Assembly (NCBI GenBank): GCA_034005635.1
Contig: JAVEUJ010000001.1
Coordinates: forward strand, 1-47,331
Length of the DNA stretch: 47,331 nucleotides
Origin: Kiritimatiellia bacterium
Lineage (GTDB): Bacteria; Verrucomicrobiota; Kiritimatiellia; CAIQIC01; Lenti-01
Direction of reading: 5' to 3'
The position numbers were made by a program, and so were the translations under genes. This document shows positions 9,558 to 18,540 of this stretch, one piece after another. Under the pieces are notes generated by a model. That model ran no database searches. It was not told where the DNA came from and was given only the letters and a program-made list of their open reading frames with translations. How positions within the stretch are numbered: position 1 is the first letter of the stretch; the number at the start of each line of letters is the position of its first letter.

Positions 9558-10859
9558 ATGAGTACATCCTCTGAGAATAAGGCCGTTCTGAGTGTGGACG
9601 GCCGGAGCGTGGAACTGGGCCGACTGACAGGCTCAACGGGCGAACGTGCCCTGGATCTGAGCCAACTGAAGGCCCAGACCGGATGCATGTCTTTCGATCC
9701 GGGAATGGCTAACACCGCCGTGTGCCGTAGCGCCATCACCTTTGTGGATGGCGAGCGGGGCATCCTACTGCACCGGGGCTATTCCATCGAGGACCTGACC
9801 GCCAACAGCAGCTTTATCGAAGTCGCCTACCTGCTGATCCATGGCATACTGCCAACCGAGCGCCAGCAGAAAAAGTTTTCCTCACTGCTGAACTTCCACT
9901 CCATGCTGCACGAGGACATGCGCAGCTTCTTTGGTAAATACCCAGAAGGCGCGCATCCAATGGCCGTACTGTCGGCCATGGTGGTTTCGCTGTCGAGTTT
10001 CTATCCCGAATTGCGGCAGAACGGCGACAAGGAGGAGATTGACACCACCGTCGCGCGCCTGTTGTCAAAACTGCGCACTATTGCGGCTTTTTCATATAAG
10101 AAGTCGATTGGTGAGCCCTACGTCTATCCGAGCCACAAGTACAGCTATTGCGAGAACTTCCTGAACATGATGTTCAACTCGCCGGTATCACCCTATAAGG
10201 CCAGCGATGAAGATGTACGGCTGATGAATCAATTGCTGATTCTGCACGCTGACCATGAACAGAATGCCTCGACAACCGCCGTGCGCATGGTGGGCAGCAC
10301 GGGTGCCAATCTCTATGCCTGTATATCGGCTGGAGTCTGCGCACTGTGGGGACCGCTGCATGGCGGAGCCAATCAGGCCGTGGTTGAGATGCTCGATCAG
10401 ATTCAGAAAGATGGCCTGACGGCGGATCAAGTTGTCGCTCGCGCCAAGGACAAGAACGACCCGTTCAAGTTGATGGGCTTCGGCCATCGAATCTACAAGT
10501 CGTACGATCCACGAGCTAAAATCGCCAAGAAGCTGTGTACGGATGTCTTGAGTCGGAAGAATCTGAGCAACGCCATGGTGGATACCGCCATGGCGCTGGA
10601 GGAGCGGGCTCTTCAAGATCCTTATTTCCAGGAGCGCAATCTTTATCCCAATGTCGATTTCTATACCGGGCTGATTTATCAGGCCATGGGCTTTCCCAAG
10701 GAAATGTACCCTGTTCTGTTTGCGCTGGGAAGACTGCCGGGATGGATTGCCCATTGGCAGGAAATGCGCCAGGACTCAGAGCAAAAGCTGTTGCGTCCCC
10801 GACAGATCTATACCGGGCCAGGGCGGACCGACTACGTGCCCACCGCGGCACGCGGGTAG
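9558..10859 (+). CDS. gltA: Citrate synthase
   Basis: Start at MSTSSENKAV (GGAAG upstream). Carries the citrate synthase signature GFGHRIYKSYDPRA. Confidence 0.9.
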   Translation: MSTSSENKAVLSVDGRSVELGRLTGSTGERALDLSQLKAQTGCMSFDPGMANTAVCRSAITFVDGERGILLHRGYSIEDLTANSSFIEVAYLLIHGILPTERQQKKFSSLLNFHSMLHEDMRSFFGKYPEGAHPMAVLSAMVVSLSSFYPELRQNGDKEEIDTTVARLLSKLRTIAAFSYKKSIGEPYVYPSHKYSYCENFLNMMFNSPVSPYKASDEDVRLMNQLLILHADHEQNASTTAVRMVGSTGANLYACISAGVCALWGPLHGGANQAVVEMLDQIQKDGLTADQVVARAKDKNDPFKLMGFGHRIYKSYDPRAKIAKKLCTDVLSRKNLSNAMVDTAMALEERALQDPYFQERNLYPNVDFYTGLIYQAMGFPKEMYPVLFALGRLPGWIAHWQEMRQDSEQKLLRPRQIYTGPGRTDYVPTAARG

Positions 10860-10866
10860 GGTGGCG

Positions 10867-11289
10867 ATGGCTAATACGTCACCCAATCGAAAGTCCGTTA
10901 AGACCGCGGAGAATGCCTCCCGGAAGACAAAGGACACGCATGTGGAACTAGCCTTTCTCGAAGGGGTACGCGCACGTTTGCCGCAGCATCCGGCCGTCCT
11001 TGAATCCTTAGGGTGCTTGTACACCGAAATGGGACGCTACCAAGAGGGGTTGCAGGCCGATCGCGAAATGGTCAGTCTCCAGCCGACCTCGCCGCTGGCC
11101 TGGTACAATCTAGCCTGCAGCTTGTCCCTGACCGGACAGGCCAATAACGCCTTCCAAGCTCTCGAAAAGGCTGTGGCGCTGGGCTATGACGATGCCGAAT
11201 GGCTGCAGGAAGATGACGATTTTGCCCCGCTCCGTTCCGATCCCCGTTTCGAGCGCATTCTGGCCCGGCTGATGGCCGCGCAGGATTGA
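10867..11289 (+). CDS. TPR-repeat protein
   Basis: Start at MANTSPNRK (ATG 10867). TPR-like helices (LGCLYTEMGRYQEGLQ, AWYNLACSLSLTGQANNAFQALEKAVALGY). Function unknown. Confidence 0.6.
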   Translation: MANTSPNRKSVKTAENASRKTKDTHVELAFLEGVRARLPQHPAVLESLGCLYTEMGRYQEGLQADREMVSLQPTSPLAWYNLACSLSLTGQANNAFQALEKAVALGYDDAEWLQEDDDFAPLRSDPRFERILARLMAAQD

Positions 11290-11396
11290 CCGAAACGGAG
11301 GAGCGGGGGGGGTGGGGGATAAGGCGAGATGAGGTGAGGGTTCAAGGGTCAGGCCGAGCAGAGTGTTTACCATTGAGCGGCTTGCGAAAATTCAAC

Positions 11397-11444
11397 GGAC
11401 GACACGGAGGTCGTCTCTCTGGTGGACACGGAGGTCGTCTCTCT
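11397..11444. repeat. 2 x 24-bp tandem direct repeat in a convergent spacer
   Basis: GGACGACACGGAGGTCGTCTCTCT (11397-11420) and GGTGGACACGGAGGTCGTCTCTCT (11421-11444) are 22/24 identical. Unit 1 contains the hairpin GACGAC-acggag-GTCGTC. Confidence 0.7.
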
Positions 11445-11549
11445 GGGCATGGATATTGCCCATTTTGGGGATTTCTGGAGAGTCGGGCTCCGTCCCGACC
11501 ATGGTTTTCGCTACCGAATTCTGGGCCGACAAAGGCCTCCCCACATTCC

Positions 11550-12098
11550 CTATATCCCCATCACCGTCAGTGCAATTCCGGCGACAGCCGAACCGGCCAG
11601 CAGATGCAGGGGCGGAATTCGTTTCCAGAGGATCAAGCCCAGGCCGATCGCGAAAATCAGCACGGGTGAAATTGAGGCGAGTGCCACGCCTTGGGGAACA
11701 AGCGCCAGACCCAAGCGAATACCGGTGGCGGTGAGCAGCCCGACCAGCGCTGGCATCAGTCCGTGCATCGCCGCACGGAACGCCGGTTTTTCACGCAAAT
11801 GCATGGCCAGCACACCTAACATCATTAAGAGAATTGCTCCCGGCAGGCACACCCCAACCGTGGCCGCGATGGACCCGCTGATTCCAGCGACTTGGTAGCC
11901 GGCAAAAGTAGCCAGATTCACGGCGATCGGCCCAGGTGTGGCCTCTGAAATCGCCAGCATGTCCATGAACCGTCCGGGTGGCAGCCAGCCCTGTGTCTCG
12001 ACCTCGCTCTGCATCAGCGGAATCATGTTGTAGCCTCCGCCGACACTGAACAGGCTGATTTTGAAAAAGGCCCAAAACAGGAGAATATGCGGATTCAT
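11550..12098 (-). CDS. chrA: Chromate transporter family protein (short-chain CHR, second half)
   Basis: Start at MNPHILLFWAFFKISLFSVGGGY (ATG 12098), with the FxxGGG CHR motif and multiple TM helices. The 386-aa track ORF is an out-of-frame upstream extension over the preceding gene. There is a 4-nt ATGA overlap with the upstream chrA half. Confidence 0.8.
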   Translation of the reverse strand: MNPHILLFWAFFKISLFSVGGGYNMIPLMQSEVETQGWLPPGRFMDMLAISEATPGPIAVNLATFAGYQVAGISGSIAATVGVCLPGAILLMMLGVLAMHLREKPAFRAAMHGLMPALVGLLTATGIRLGLALVPQGVALASISPVLIFAIGLGLILWKRIPPLHLLAGSAVAGIALTVMGI

Positions 12099-12652
12099 GG
12101 TGCAGCCTTGGGTTTGCGGCGCACGACATGCACGACCAGGCCGATGCCAGCCCCGGTCAGAATCAGCGGGACCGGCCCCAGCACGCGGCTGAGCATCAAG
12201 CCGGCTCCTACGGCGGCACCCAACAGCAGCAGGGGGGAGCGCAGATTGGCGACGCCCAGTCGGATGGCTGCACCGGCAATTAGGGCGACTACCGCCGGGC
12301 GCAAGCCGGCCAGCGCGCCCGCCACCCACCGGTTGTCCCAGCGCGTACCCACCAGTGCGGCCAACGCCAGAATCACAAAGAACGCGGGCAGGGCCACAGC
12401 GATTGCAGCCAAGATGGCCGCACGCTTGCCCCCCCCCCGCAGACCTGTCAAAACCGCAAAATTGACGATAATTACCCCTGGTACCGACTGCGCGATGGCA
12501 TAGTCCTCCGCGACTTCCGCGGGCGTCATCCAGCGGCGACGGCCCACCAGTTCGGCTTCGAACACCGGCAGCGCGGCCATGCCACCGCCGAAGGCCGTGG
12601 CACCGATCCGCAGAAAGCTCCAGATCAAGGCAGCATGGGATGGACGATTCAT
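12095..12652 (-). CDS. chrA: Chromate transporter family protein (short-chain CHR, first half)
   Basis: Start at MNRPSHAALIWSFLRIGATAFGGG (ATG 12652; an alternative ATG lies at 12673). CHR motif present and the protein is hydrophobic throughout. Confidence 0.8.
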   Translation of the reverse strand: MNRPSHAALIWSFLRIGATAFGGGMAALPVFEAELVGRRRWMTPAEVAEDYAIAQSVPGVIIVNFAVLTGLRGGGKRAAILAAIAVALPAFFVILALAALVGTRWDNRWVAGALAGLRPAVVALIAGAAIRLGVANLRSPLLLLGAAVGAGLMLSRVLGPVPLILTGAGIGLVVHVVRRKPKAAP

Positions 12653-12816
12653 GCCAATCACGATAACACGCATCAGCTTGAACACCATCCGGAAATGGGG
12701 CGGGGGGCAAAGCTGGCGCGACTTAGGCTGTTTTATAGTGGGCTTGGAGAGCAAAACAGCCGCGGCTATTTCCAGCCGCCCAATTGTGATAAGGTAAAGG
12801 CACAAAAAACCACAGC

Positions 12817-13986
12817 ATGAAACTAATCGACGGCATTCCAGTATGGGGCGATCCCATTGAAGCAAACGCGTTAGCGCAAATCCGACGCTGTGCGAAAACC
12901 GCGGATCGCGTGGCACTGATGGCTGACCACCACAAGGGCTATGCTGTGCCCATCGGTGGCGTGGTGGCCTACACGGACAAAATCAGCCCATCCGGTGTCG
13001 GCTACGACATTGGCTGTGGCAACAAGGCCGTTCGCCTTGATGCCAAGGCCGACGATGTCCGCCGCGATATCCGCCAGATCATGGATGATATATTTGCGCG
13101 GCTCACGTTTGGCATTGGCCTGCAAAATTCTGTGCGGGTAGATCACGAGCTGTTTGATGACGAGACCTGGAAGCTCGATGCGGTGCGTCCCCTGAAGGCT
13201 CTGGCACGGGATCAACTTGGAACCATCGGTGGAGGGAACCACTACGTCGATATCCTGATCGACGAACTGGACCGCGTTTGGATTGGCGTCCATTTTGGAT
13301 CGCGCGGATTGGGATTCAAAACCGCCTCCTGGTTTTTGAAAAAGGGTGGAGCGAAAGACGGCATGGATGTGGATCCACTGGTGATTTCAGCGGAATCGGC
13401 ACTCGGCACCGATTATCTCGCCTGCATGCATCTCGCCGGGCGCTATGCCTACGCCGGACGCGACTGGGTTTGCGCAGAAACTGCGCGACTGCTGGGAGCC
13501 AACATCTTGGAAGAGGTGCACAATCATCACAACTTCGCTTGGCGCGAGACACATGGCGGGAAACAACTCTGGGTAGTGCGCAAAGGGGCCACACCGGCAT
13601 TTCCAGGACAGAAAAGCTTCATCGGCGGCTCGATGGGCGACATTAGCGCCATTGTCGAGGGAGTCGAAAACGATCTGGCCCAGTGGTCGCTATATTCCAC
13701 GGTGCATGGTGCCGGGCGCACGATGGGGCGGATGGAAGCCAAAGGAAAAGTCAACCATCGCACGGGCGAATGCCTGCGCCCCGGGAAGGTTACGCCCGAA
13801 ATGATGAACCAAAGCATAGCCGACTTTGGCACTGAACTGCGCGGCGGGGACTTGGATGAATCACCCCACTGTTACAAAGACCTGCAACGTGTCCTCGACG
13901 CCCACGCCGGTACCATCAACATCCTGCACACCCTGCGCCCCATTGGCGTAGCCATGGCCCCCAGCAAAGAATCGTACCGAAATTAG
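12817..13986 (+). CDS. rtcB: RNA-splicing ligase RtcB family protein
   Basis: 389 aa. Metal and GMP-histidine motifs of RtcB are present: MADHHKGYAVPIGGV, YDIGCGN, GGGNHYVD, HNHHNF. Confidence 0.9.
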   Translation: MKLIDGIPVWGDPIEANALAQIRRCAKTADRVALMADHHKGYAVPIGGVVAYTDKISPSGVGYDIGCGNKAVRLDAKADDVRRDIRQIMDDIFARLTFGIGLQNSVRVDHELFDDETWKLDAVRPLKALARDQLGTIGGGNHYVDILIDELDRVWIGVHFGSRGLGFKTASWFLKKGGAKDGMDVDPLVISAESALGTDYLACMHLAGRYAYAGRDWVCAETARLLGANILEEVHNHHNFAWRETHGGKQLWVVRKGATPAFPGQKSFIGGSMGDISAIVEGVENDLAQWSLYSTVHGAGRTMGRMEAKGKVNHRTGECLRPGKVTPEMMNQSIADFGTELRGGDLDESPHCYKDLQRVLDAHAGTINILHTLRPIGVAMAPSKESYRN

Positions 13987-14017
13987 ATCAAGACTCCTGG
14001 GTTTGAGGGAGCTCCCT

Positions 14018-14239
14018 TCAGTCATCTTCGCAATCAATCAATTCCCACATCTCGTTTTGGTGCAGCTCAATTGGATTTGCATTCCTTTTAATGAATTCGT
14101 CAACCGGTAACCCATCGATAGAAGGCGCGCGTTTCACGCGCTTCTGCTTCCCTTTCACAAAGATCGTCTCGTAGTGCTCCCGCTGCCGTTTTTTCTTGGC
14201 TTTCTTGACGGGAGTACGGTTTCGCTTCTGTTTGCTCAT
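14018..14239 (-). CDS. Hypothetical small protein with a very basic N-terminus and acidic C-terminus
   Basis: 73-aa ORF starting MSKQKRNRTPVKKAKKKRQRE and ending WELIDCEDD. Visibly more AT-rich than its neighbours. It lies 7 nt downstream of the 143-aa ORF. No motif recognised. Confidence 0.45.
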   Translation of the reverse strand: MSKQKRNRTPVKKAKKKRQREHYETIFVKGKQKRVKRAPSIDGLPVDEFIKRNANPIELHQNEMWELIDCEDD

Positions 14240-14246
14240 CCCCGCA

Positions 14247-14678
14247 TTATATGGAGGTTATTTGGTAGGTGAAGGCAAATCCGGCGTCTTTCGTTTTCTT
14301 CTCTAAAGCCGGGCGGAGTGTTTTGAAATTGAAAGTATAGCTGTATTTTTTCCCCAAGAGGTTGGATTGCTCCTCTATACCTCCTTCTCTCGCACCTCGT
14401 CCAGTCTTGTAGGTTTCCTTCTTGAATCCGAAACCAGGACTGTTGTTGAAACCACTCCCGCCCGCCAGACCAAACCCTGATTCTTTGAGCATTTCCGTGA
14501 AGCAGACCTCGCGTTTGTTTTCGTCTATTCGGTATGTCGCGGTGTACACAAGCTTCTTTCTGGAGAGGAAAGACTTCCGTTCTGCAACGACATGCCGCAC
14601 GGTGAACACCCCATTCTTTTCCGATACCACGGCGGGGATGGCGGCAATCACCTGTTTCAGATCTTCTTGTAAACTCAT
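14247..14678 (-). CDS. Hypothetical protein
   Basis: 143-aa ORF with a central Gly-rich linker (GFGLAGGSGFNNSPGFGF). AT-rich relative to the window. No motif recognised. Confidence 0.5.
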   Translation of the reverse strand: MSLQEDLKQVIAAIPAVVSEKNGVFTVRHVVAERKSFLSRKKLVYTATYRIDENKREVCFTEMLKESGFGLAGGSGFNNSPGFGFKKETYKTGRGAREGGIEEQSNLLGKKYSYTFNFKTLRPALEKKTKDAGFAFTYQITSI

Positions 14679-15046
14679 TGATCGTTCCTTTCGTGATCTA
14701 ATTTACTGTGACAGCTATGATCAGTGTAACGCGTGAAATAACTGTAATCTTGGCGTAGTGAGTTGTCGATGGCGTCTTACTGCACATATGATATATGTTG
14801 AGTAAAATGGTAGGGAAAGGAGGGGGGCCGGGTATGGCGGGGGGGGGGGTGCACGACCACCTATTATTCAAACGAGAGCATTTCCAATAATGTCGTAGCC
14901 CCTCCATCCCCCGACGAGGTCGTCAGGGGCTCCAAAAACGATTGGAATGGAGCCGGGTGAGTTTTTGACAAATGATGTCGGCGCGGTAGGTTGAACTATC
15001 CCGTATGAACTGGACTATTTGCTGTAGAGAAAGGGCGGGCCAGACC

Positions 15047-16399
15047 ATGATAAATTCTGATTCGGTGTTGACTGCGCTGCGTGTCGTGATTGATCCGGAC
15101 TTCCAGAAGGACATCGTAACGCTGGGATTCATCAAAGATTTGGTGATCCAGGATGGCCGCGTGTCGTTCAAGATCGAGCTGACCACCCCGGCGTGTCCCA
15201 TCCGTGATCAGTTCCACGATTTGGCCGAGCAAGCGGTCCGCCGCCTCTCAGGCGTGAAGGATGTCCAGATCACCATGACGGCGCAGGAACGGGCTCCACG
15301 GCGACTGGCGCACGGCAGCGGTCTGGCCCAGACCGCCACCATCTTGGCGGTGACTTCTTGCAAGGGCGGCGTTGGAAAATCCACCGTGGCGGCAATGCTG
15401 GCCGTCAATCTTGCACGGCGCGGCCATCGGGTCGGCATGCTGGATGCCGATATTTTCGGGCCCTCGGCGCCGACGTTATTCAACCTTCACGATCCCGAAT
15501 TGCGCAACACCACCGATGGCTATCTGATACCCAAGCGCTGGGAGGAGAACCTGCAGATCATGTCGTTCGGATTCTTGCTGGGCGACAAACCGGCGGTCAT
15601 GCGCGGACCCATGGTCTCGAACGTCGTGCAGCAACTCCTGCATCAGGTGGAGTGGGGGCCCCTGGACTATCTGATAATCGACTTTCCTCCGGGGACAGGT
15701 GACATCCAGCTCACGCTGTCCCAGTCGGTCCAGATCGATGCCGCGGTAATCGTGACGACGCCCCACGAGCTATCGCTGACCGATGTTCGCAAGGGCATCA
15801 TGATGTTCGATAAAGTTGACGTCCCGGTAATCGGGGTAATCGAAAATATGGCCTATTTCGAGTGCGACGGTTGCGGCAAACGGCATGAAATCTTCGGGCC
15901 AGCGGGTGGGGAAACTCTGCACGAGCGCTTTGGACTCGAAACCTTGGCCGTGCTGCCGATCCGCCCTGCCATCAGCGGACGGCTGGAGTTGATCGCCACG
16001 GCACCGGAGGCGGCCGCGGCGACGGATACAGTGATTCGTGCACTGGGTCGCCAAGCATTGATTCGCCCCGAACGACCGCAGGCTAAGGCCACGCCGACGC
16101 ATATTGAGCTTCACTGGGGCGACGGTCGAGTCGAGCGCGTTCCCAATCGAGCACTACGCTTGGCCTGCAGTTGTGCCCTGTGTGTCGACGAAATGAGTCG
16201 TAAATCGGTGCTTGATCCGGCCACGGTGCCAGACGACATCCACGCGACAGAACTTTGGACCATCGGTAATTATGCGCTGGGCGTTGTTTGGTCCGATGGT
16301 CATTCCACGGGTTATTTCCCGTTTCAGACGATTGAGGCGCTGGTCGCCGAGACCGGCAAACAATTCACTACTATATCGGCCAAACAAGCGCCCATATAA
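15047..16399 (+). CDS. Fe-S cluster carrier ATPase, Mrp/NBP35/ApbC family, with DUF59 N-domain and DUF971 C-domain (HCF101-type architecture)
   Basis: Start at MINSDSVL (ATG 15047). The N-terminal segment LRVVIDPDFQKDIVTLGFIK is DUF59/MIP18-like. Deviant Walker A CKGGVGKST. Cluster-ligand motif ECDGCGK. The C-terminal ~90 aa (HIELHWGDGRVERVP...YALGVVWSDGHSTGYFPF) resembles DUF971. Confidence 0.85.
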   Translation: MINSDSVLTALRVVIDPDFQKDIVTLGFIKDLVIQDGRVSFKIELTTPACPIRDQFHDLAEQAVRRLSGVKDVQITMTAQERAPRRLAHGSGLAQTATILAVTSCKGGVGKSTVAAMLAVNLARRGHRVGMLDADIFGPSAPTLFNLHDPELRNTTDGYLIPKRWEENLQIMSFGFLLGDKPAVMRGPMVSNVVQQLLHQVEWGPLDYLIIDFPPGTGDIQLTLSQSVQIDAAVIVTTPHELSLTDVRKGIMMFDKVDVPVIGVIENMAYFECDGCGKRHEIFGPAGGETLHERFGLETLAVLPIRPAISGRLELIATAPEAAAATDTVIRALGRQALIRPERPQAKATPTHIELHWGDGRVERVPNRALRLACSCALCVDEMSRKSVLDPATVPDDIHATELWTIGNYALGVVWSDGHSTGYFPFQTIEALVAETGKQFTTISAKQAPI

Positions 16400-16435
16400 C
16401 TAGACAATAGGGGGAGGGTGTGGTGAAATAGTAGC

Positions 16436-16843
16436 ATGATCCATTTACCTAAACCCGTCGAATATGCGTTGATGGCCCTGGGGGAAATGCAGGCTGGCAA
16501 GCCGGGGCAGTTATTTTCTGTACGCACGCTGGCCGACCGCCTTGGCATTCCCTATGATCGGACCGGCAAAGTGTTACAGGCCATGGGGCGGGCTGGGATC
16601 CTGCGCTCCGTGCAGGGCAAATACGGGGGATACCAGATTGCTCGCGATCTGGATGACGTCTCGCTGGCCACGCTAATGACTGTCGTGGTTGGACCGCGGG
16701 CCATTGCTGAATGCCTGCAGCCGGGGCAGATCTGCCCGCATCGTGACCGGTGCACTATCCGGCGCGGGATCGTTCGCATTGCGGCCAAAACTCGGGTGTT
16801 TTTGGAATCGATTCCTATTCGGGAGATGATTGATCCATGTTAA
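16436..16843 (+). CDS. Rrf2-family transcriptional regulator
   Basis: 135 aa. Typical Rrf2 N-terminal winged helix (PVEYALMALGEM...FSVRTLADRLGIPYDRTGKVLQAMGRAGILRS). Cys residues are present in the C-terminal half. Located directly upstream of sufB. Confidence 0.8.
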   Translation: MIHLPKPVEYALMALGEMQAGKPGQLFSVRTLADRLGIPYDRTGKVLQAMGRAGILRSVQGKYGGYQIARDLDDVSLATLMTVVVGPRAIAECLQPGQICPHRDRCTIRRGIVRIAAKTRVFLESIPIREMIDPC

Positions 16844-17086
16844 GTCAATTATGCCTCTACGCCCAAAAGCAGCGGCTCACTCGGAGGGTTCGCCCTAAAT
16901 TGGGCGTGTGATTCAGGCTTTGGGTAGCGCGATCCCGACACACCCTGTGGTCGGGAGAGCTGATCAATCCTGTTCTTCAAGACCGCCTTTCTAAATCGGA
17001 CTTAATTTAGCTCATATAAAAATTTGCAACCCGCCGCGGCCCGGTTTAGGTTTCGTCAGAACCATAAGAAGTTAAACAGGGTTGTC

Positions 17087-18529
17087 ATGATGCAAATCGA
17101 TCAATTACAGCGCCGCGGGCGTGAATATAAATTTGGCTTTGAAACCAAGATCGAACAAGACACCTTCCCCAAGGGTCTGAACGAAGACGTTGTCCGGGCC
17201 ATTTCGAAGCGCAAGGGGGAACCGGACTTCTTGCTCGATTTTCGGCTCAAGGCCTATGCTTGGTGGAAAGAACAACCAGCCCCTACTTGGGCGGCAGTGG
17301 AGTTTCCGCCAATCGATTTCCAAGACATCCGCTATTTCTCGGCTCCCAAGTCGATGGCGGGCGCTCCCCGCGGCCTGGATGAAATCGATCCTAAGCTGTT
17401 GCGCACTTTTACCCGGCTGGGTATTCCGCTCCAAGAACACGAACGGCTCGGGGGCGTGGCCGTTGATGCGGTATTCGACAGCGTGTCGGTCGGCACTACC
17501 CACCAGAAAATGCTGGCGGAACATGGCATCATCTTCTGCTCATTTTCCGAAGCGGCCCGGCGCCACCCTGATCTGGTGCAGAAGTATCTGGGCTGCGTGG
17601 TGCCGGCCACCGATAATTTCTATGCGGCCTTGAACTCCGCCGTATTTTCCGACGGATCGTTCGTCTACATCCCCAAGGGCGTCAAGTGCCCGGTGGATCT
17701 ATCCACCTATTTCCGGATCAATGCCGAGGGAACGGGCCAGTTCGAGCGCACCCTGATCATTGCGGAAGCGGGTGCCGAGGTGTCCTACGTGGAGGGCTGC
17801 ACAGCCCCATCGCGCTCGAAGAATCAGCTCCACGCCGCCATCGTCGAATTGATCGCTTTTGATGATGCTCGGATTAAGTATGCGACTGTCCAGAACTGGT
17901 ATGGCGGCGACGAAGAGGGCCGCGGCGGGATCTACAACTTCGTGATCAAGCGCGGCCGCTGCGAAGGGAAGCGCTCCAAAATTTCCTGGACGCAAGTTGA
18001 GGCCGGGGCGGCGATCACCTGGAAATACCCGAGCGTGGTTCTGAAAGGGGACGATTCGGTTGGTGAGTTCTATTCGGTGGCTCTGACCAACAACCACATG
18101 CAGGCCGACACCGGGACCAAGATGATCCATATTGGCAAAAATACCAGCAGCACGATTGTCTCCAAAGGCATTGCCTGCGACCAATCGAAGAACAGCTACC
18201 GGGGATTGGTGCGGATCACGCCCGGTGCGGAGAACGCGCGCAACTATTCGCAATGCGATTCCATGCTGGTAGGGGACGCTTGCTCGGCCAATACATTCCC
18301 GTACCTGGAGGTGCGCAATCCCACCGCCATCGTGGAACACGAGGCCACTACCTCGCGCCTGAGCGCTGACCAGTTGTTCTATTTGCAGTCGCGCGGCCTT
18401 GATACGGAAGGAGCCGTGTCCTTGCTAGTCAATGGTTTTTGCAAAGATGTGTTCAAGATGCTGCCGCTAGAGTTTTTGGTGGAGGCCGTGAACATGTTGG
18501 AAATGAAACTCGAACACAGTGTGGGATAA
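17087..18529 (+). CDS. sufB: Fe-S cluster assembly protein SufB
   Basis: Start at MMQIDQLQ (ATG 17087). SufB-typical N-terminus ([23 protein letters not shown]) and C-terminal beta-helix region. Confidence 0.9.
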   Translation: MMQIDQLQRRGREYKFGFETKIEQDTFPKGLNEDVVRAISKRKGEPDFLLDFRLKAYAWWKEQPAPTWAAVEFPPIDFQDIRYFSAPKSMAGAPRGLDEIDPKLLRTFTRLGIPLQEHERLGGVAVDAVFDSVSVGTTHQKMLAEHGIIFCSFSEAARRHPDLVQKYLGCVVPATDNFYAALNSAVFSDGSFVYIPKGVKCPVDLSTYFRINAEGTGQFERTLIIAEAGAEVSYVEGCTAPSRSKNQLHAAIVELIAFDDARIKYATVQNWYGGDEEGRGGIYNFVIKRGRCEGKRSKISWTQVEAGAAITWKYPSVVLKGDDSVGEFYSVALTNNHMQADTGTKMIHIGKNTSSTIVSKGIACDQSKNSYRGLVRITPGAENARNYSQCDSMLVGDACSANTFPYLEVRNPTAIVEHEATTSRLSADQLFYLQSRGLDTEGAVSLLVNGFCKDVFKMLPLEFLVEAVNMLEMKLEHSVG

Positions 18530-18540
18530 GGAGTTTGACC

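Noticed and set aside
11397-11444. Possible CRISPR array
   Set aside because: There are only two directly adjacent 24-bp units with no spacer between them, and there are no cas genes in the window.
11550-12710. 386-aa version of the downstream chrA ORF, and other 5'-extended track ORFs (2192..4708, 4590..5192, 41071..42606, 20392..21816, 17024..18529, 18439..19302)
   Set aside because: The extensions run out of frame across the preceding gene and encode Arg/Pro/Gly-rich junk. Internal ATGs that give canonical family N-termini and sensible overlaps or RBSs were used instead.
14698-14907. 69-aa minus-strand ORF across the G11 tract
   Set aside because: It reads the homopolymer as a poly-Pro run, has no RBS and has an implausible composition. 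It is more likely non-coding promoter DNA.
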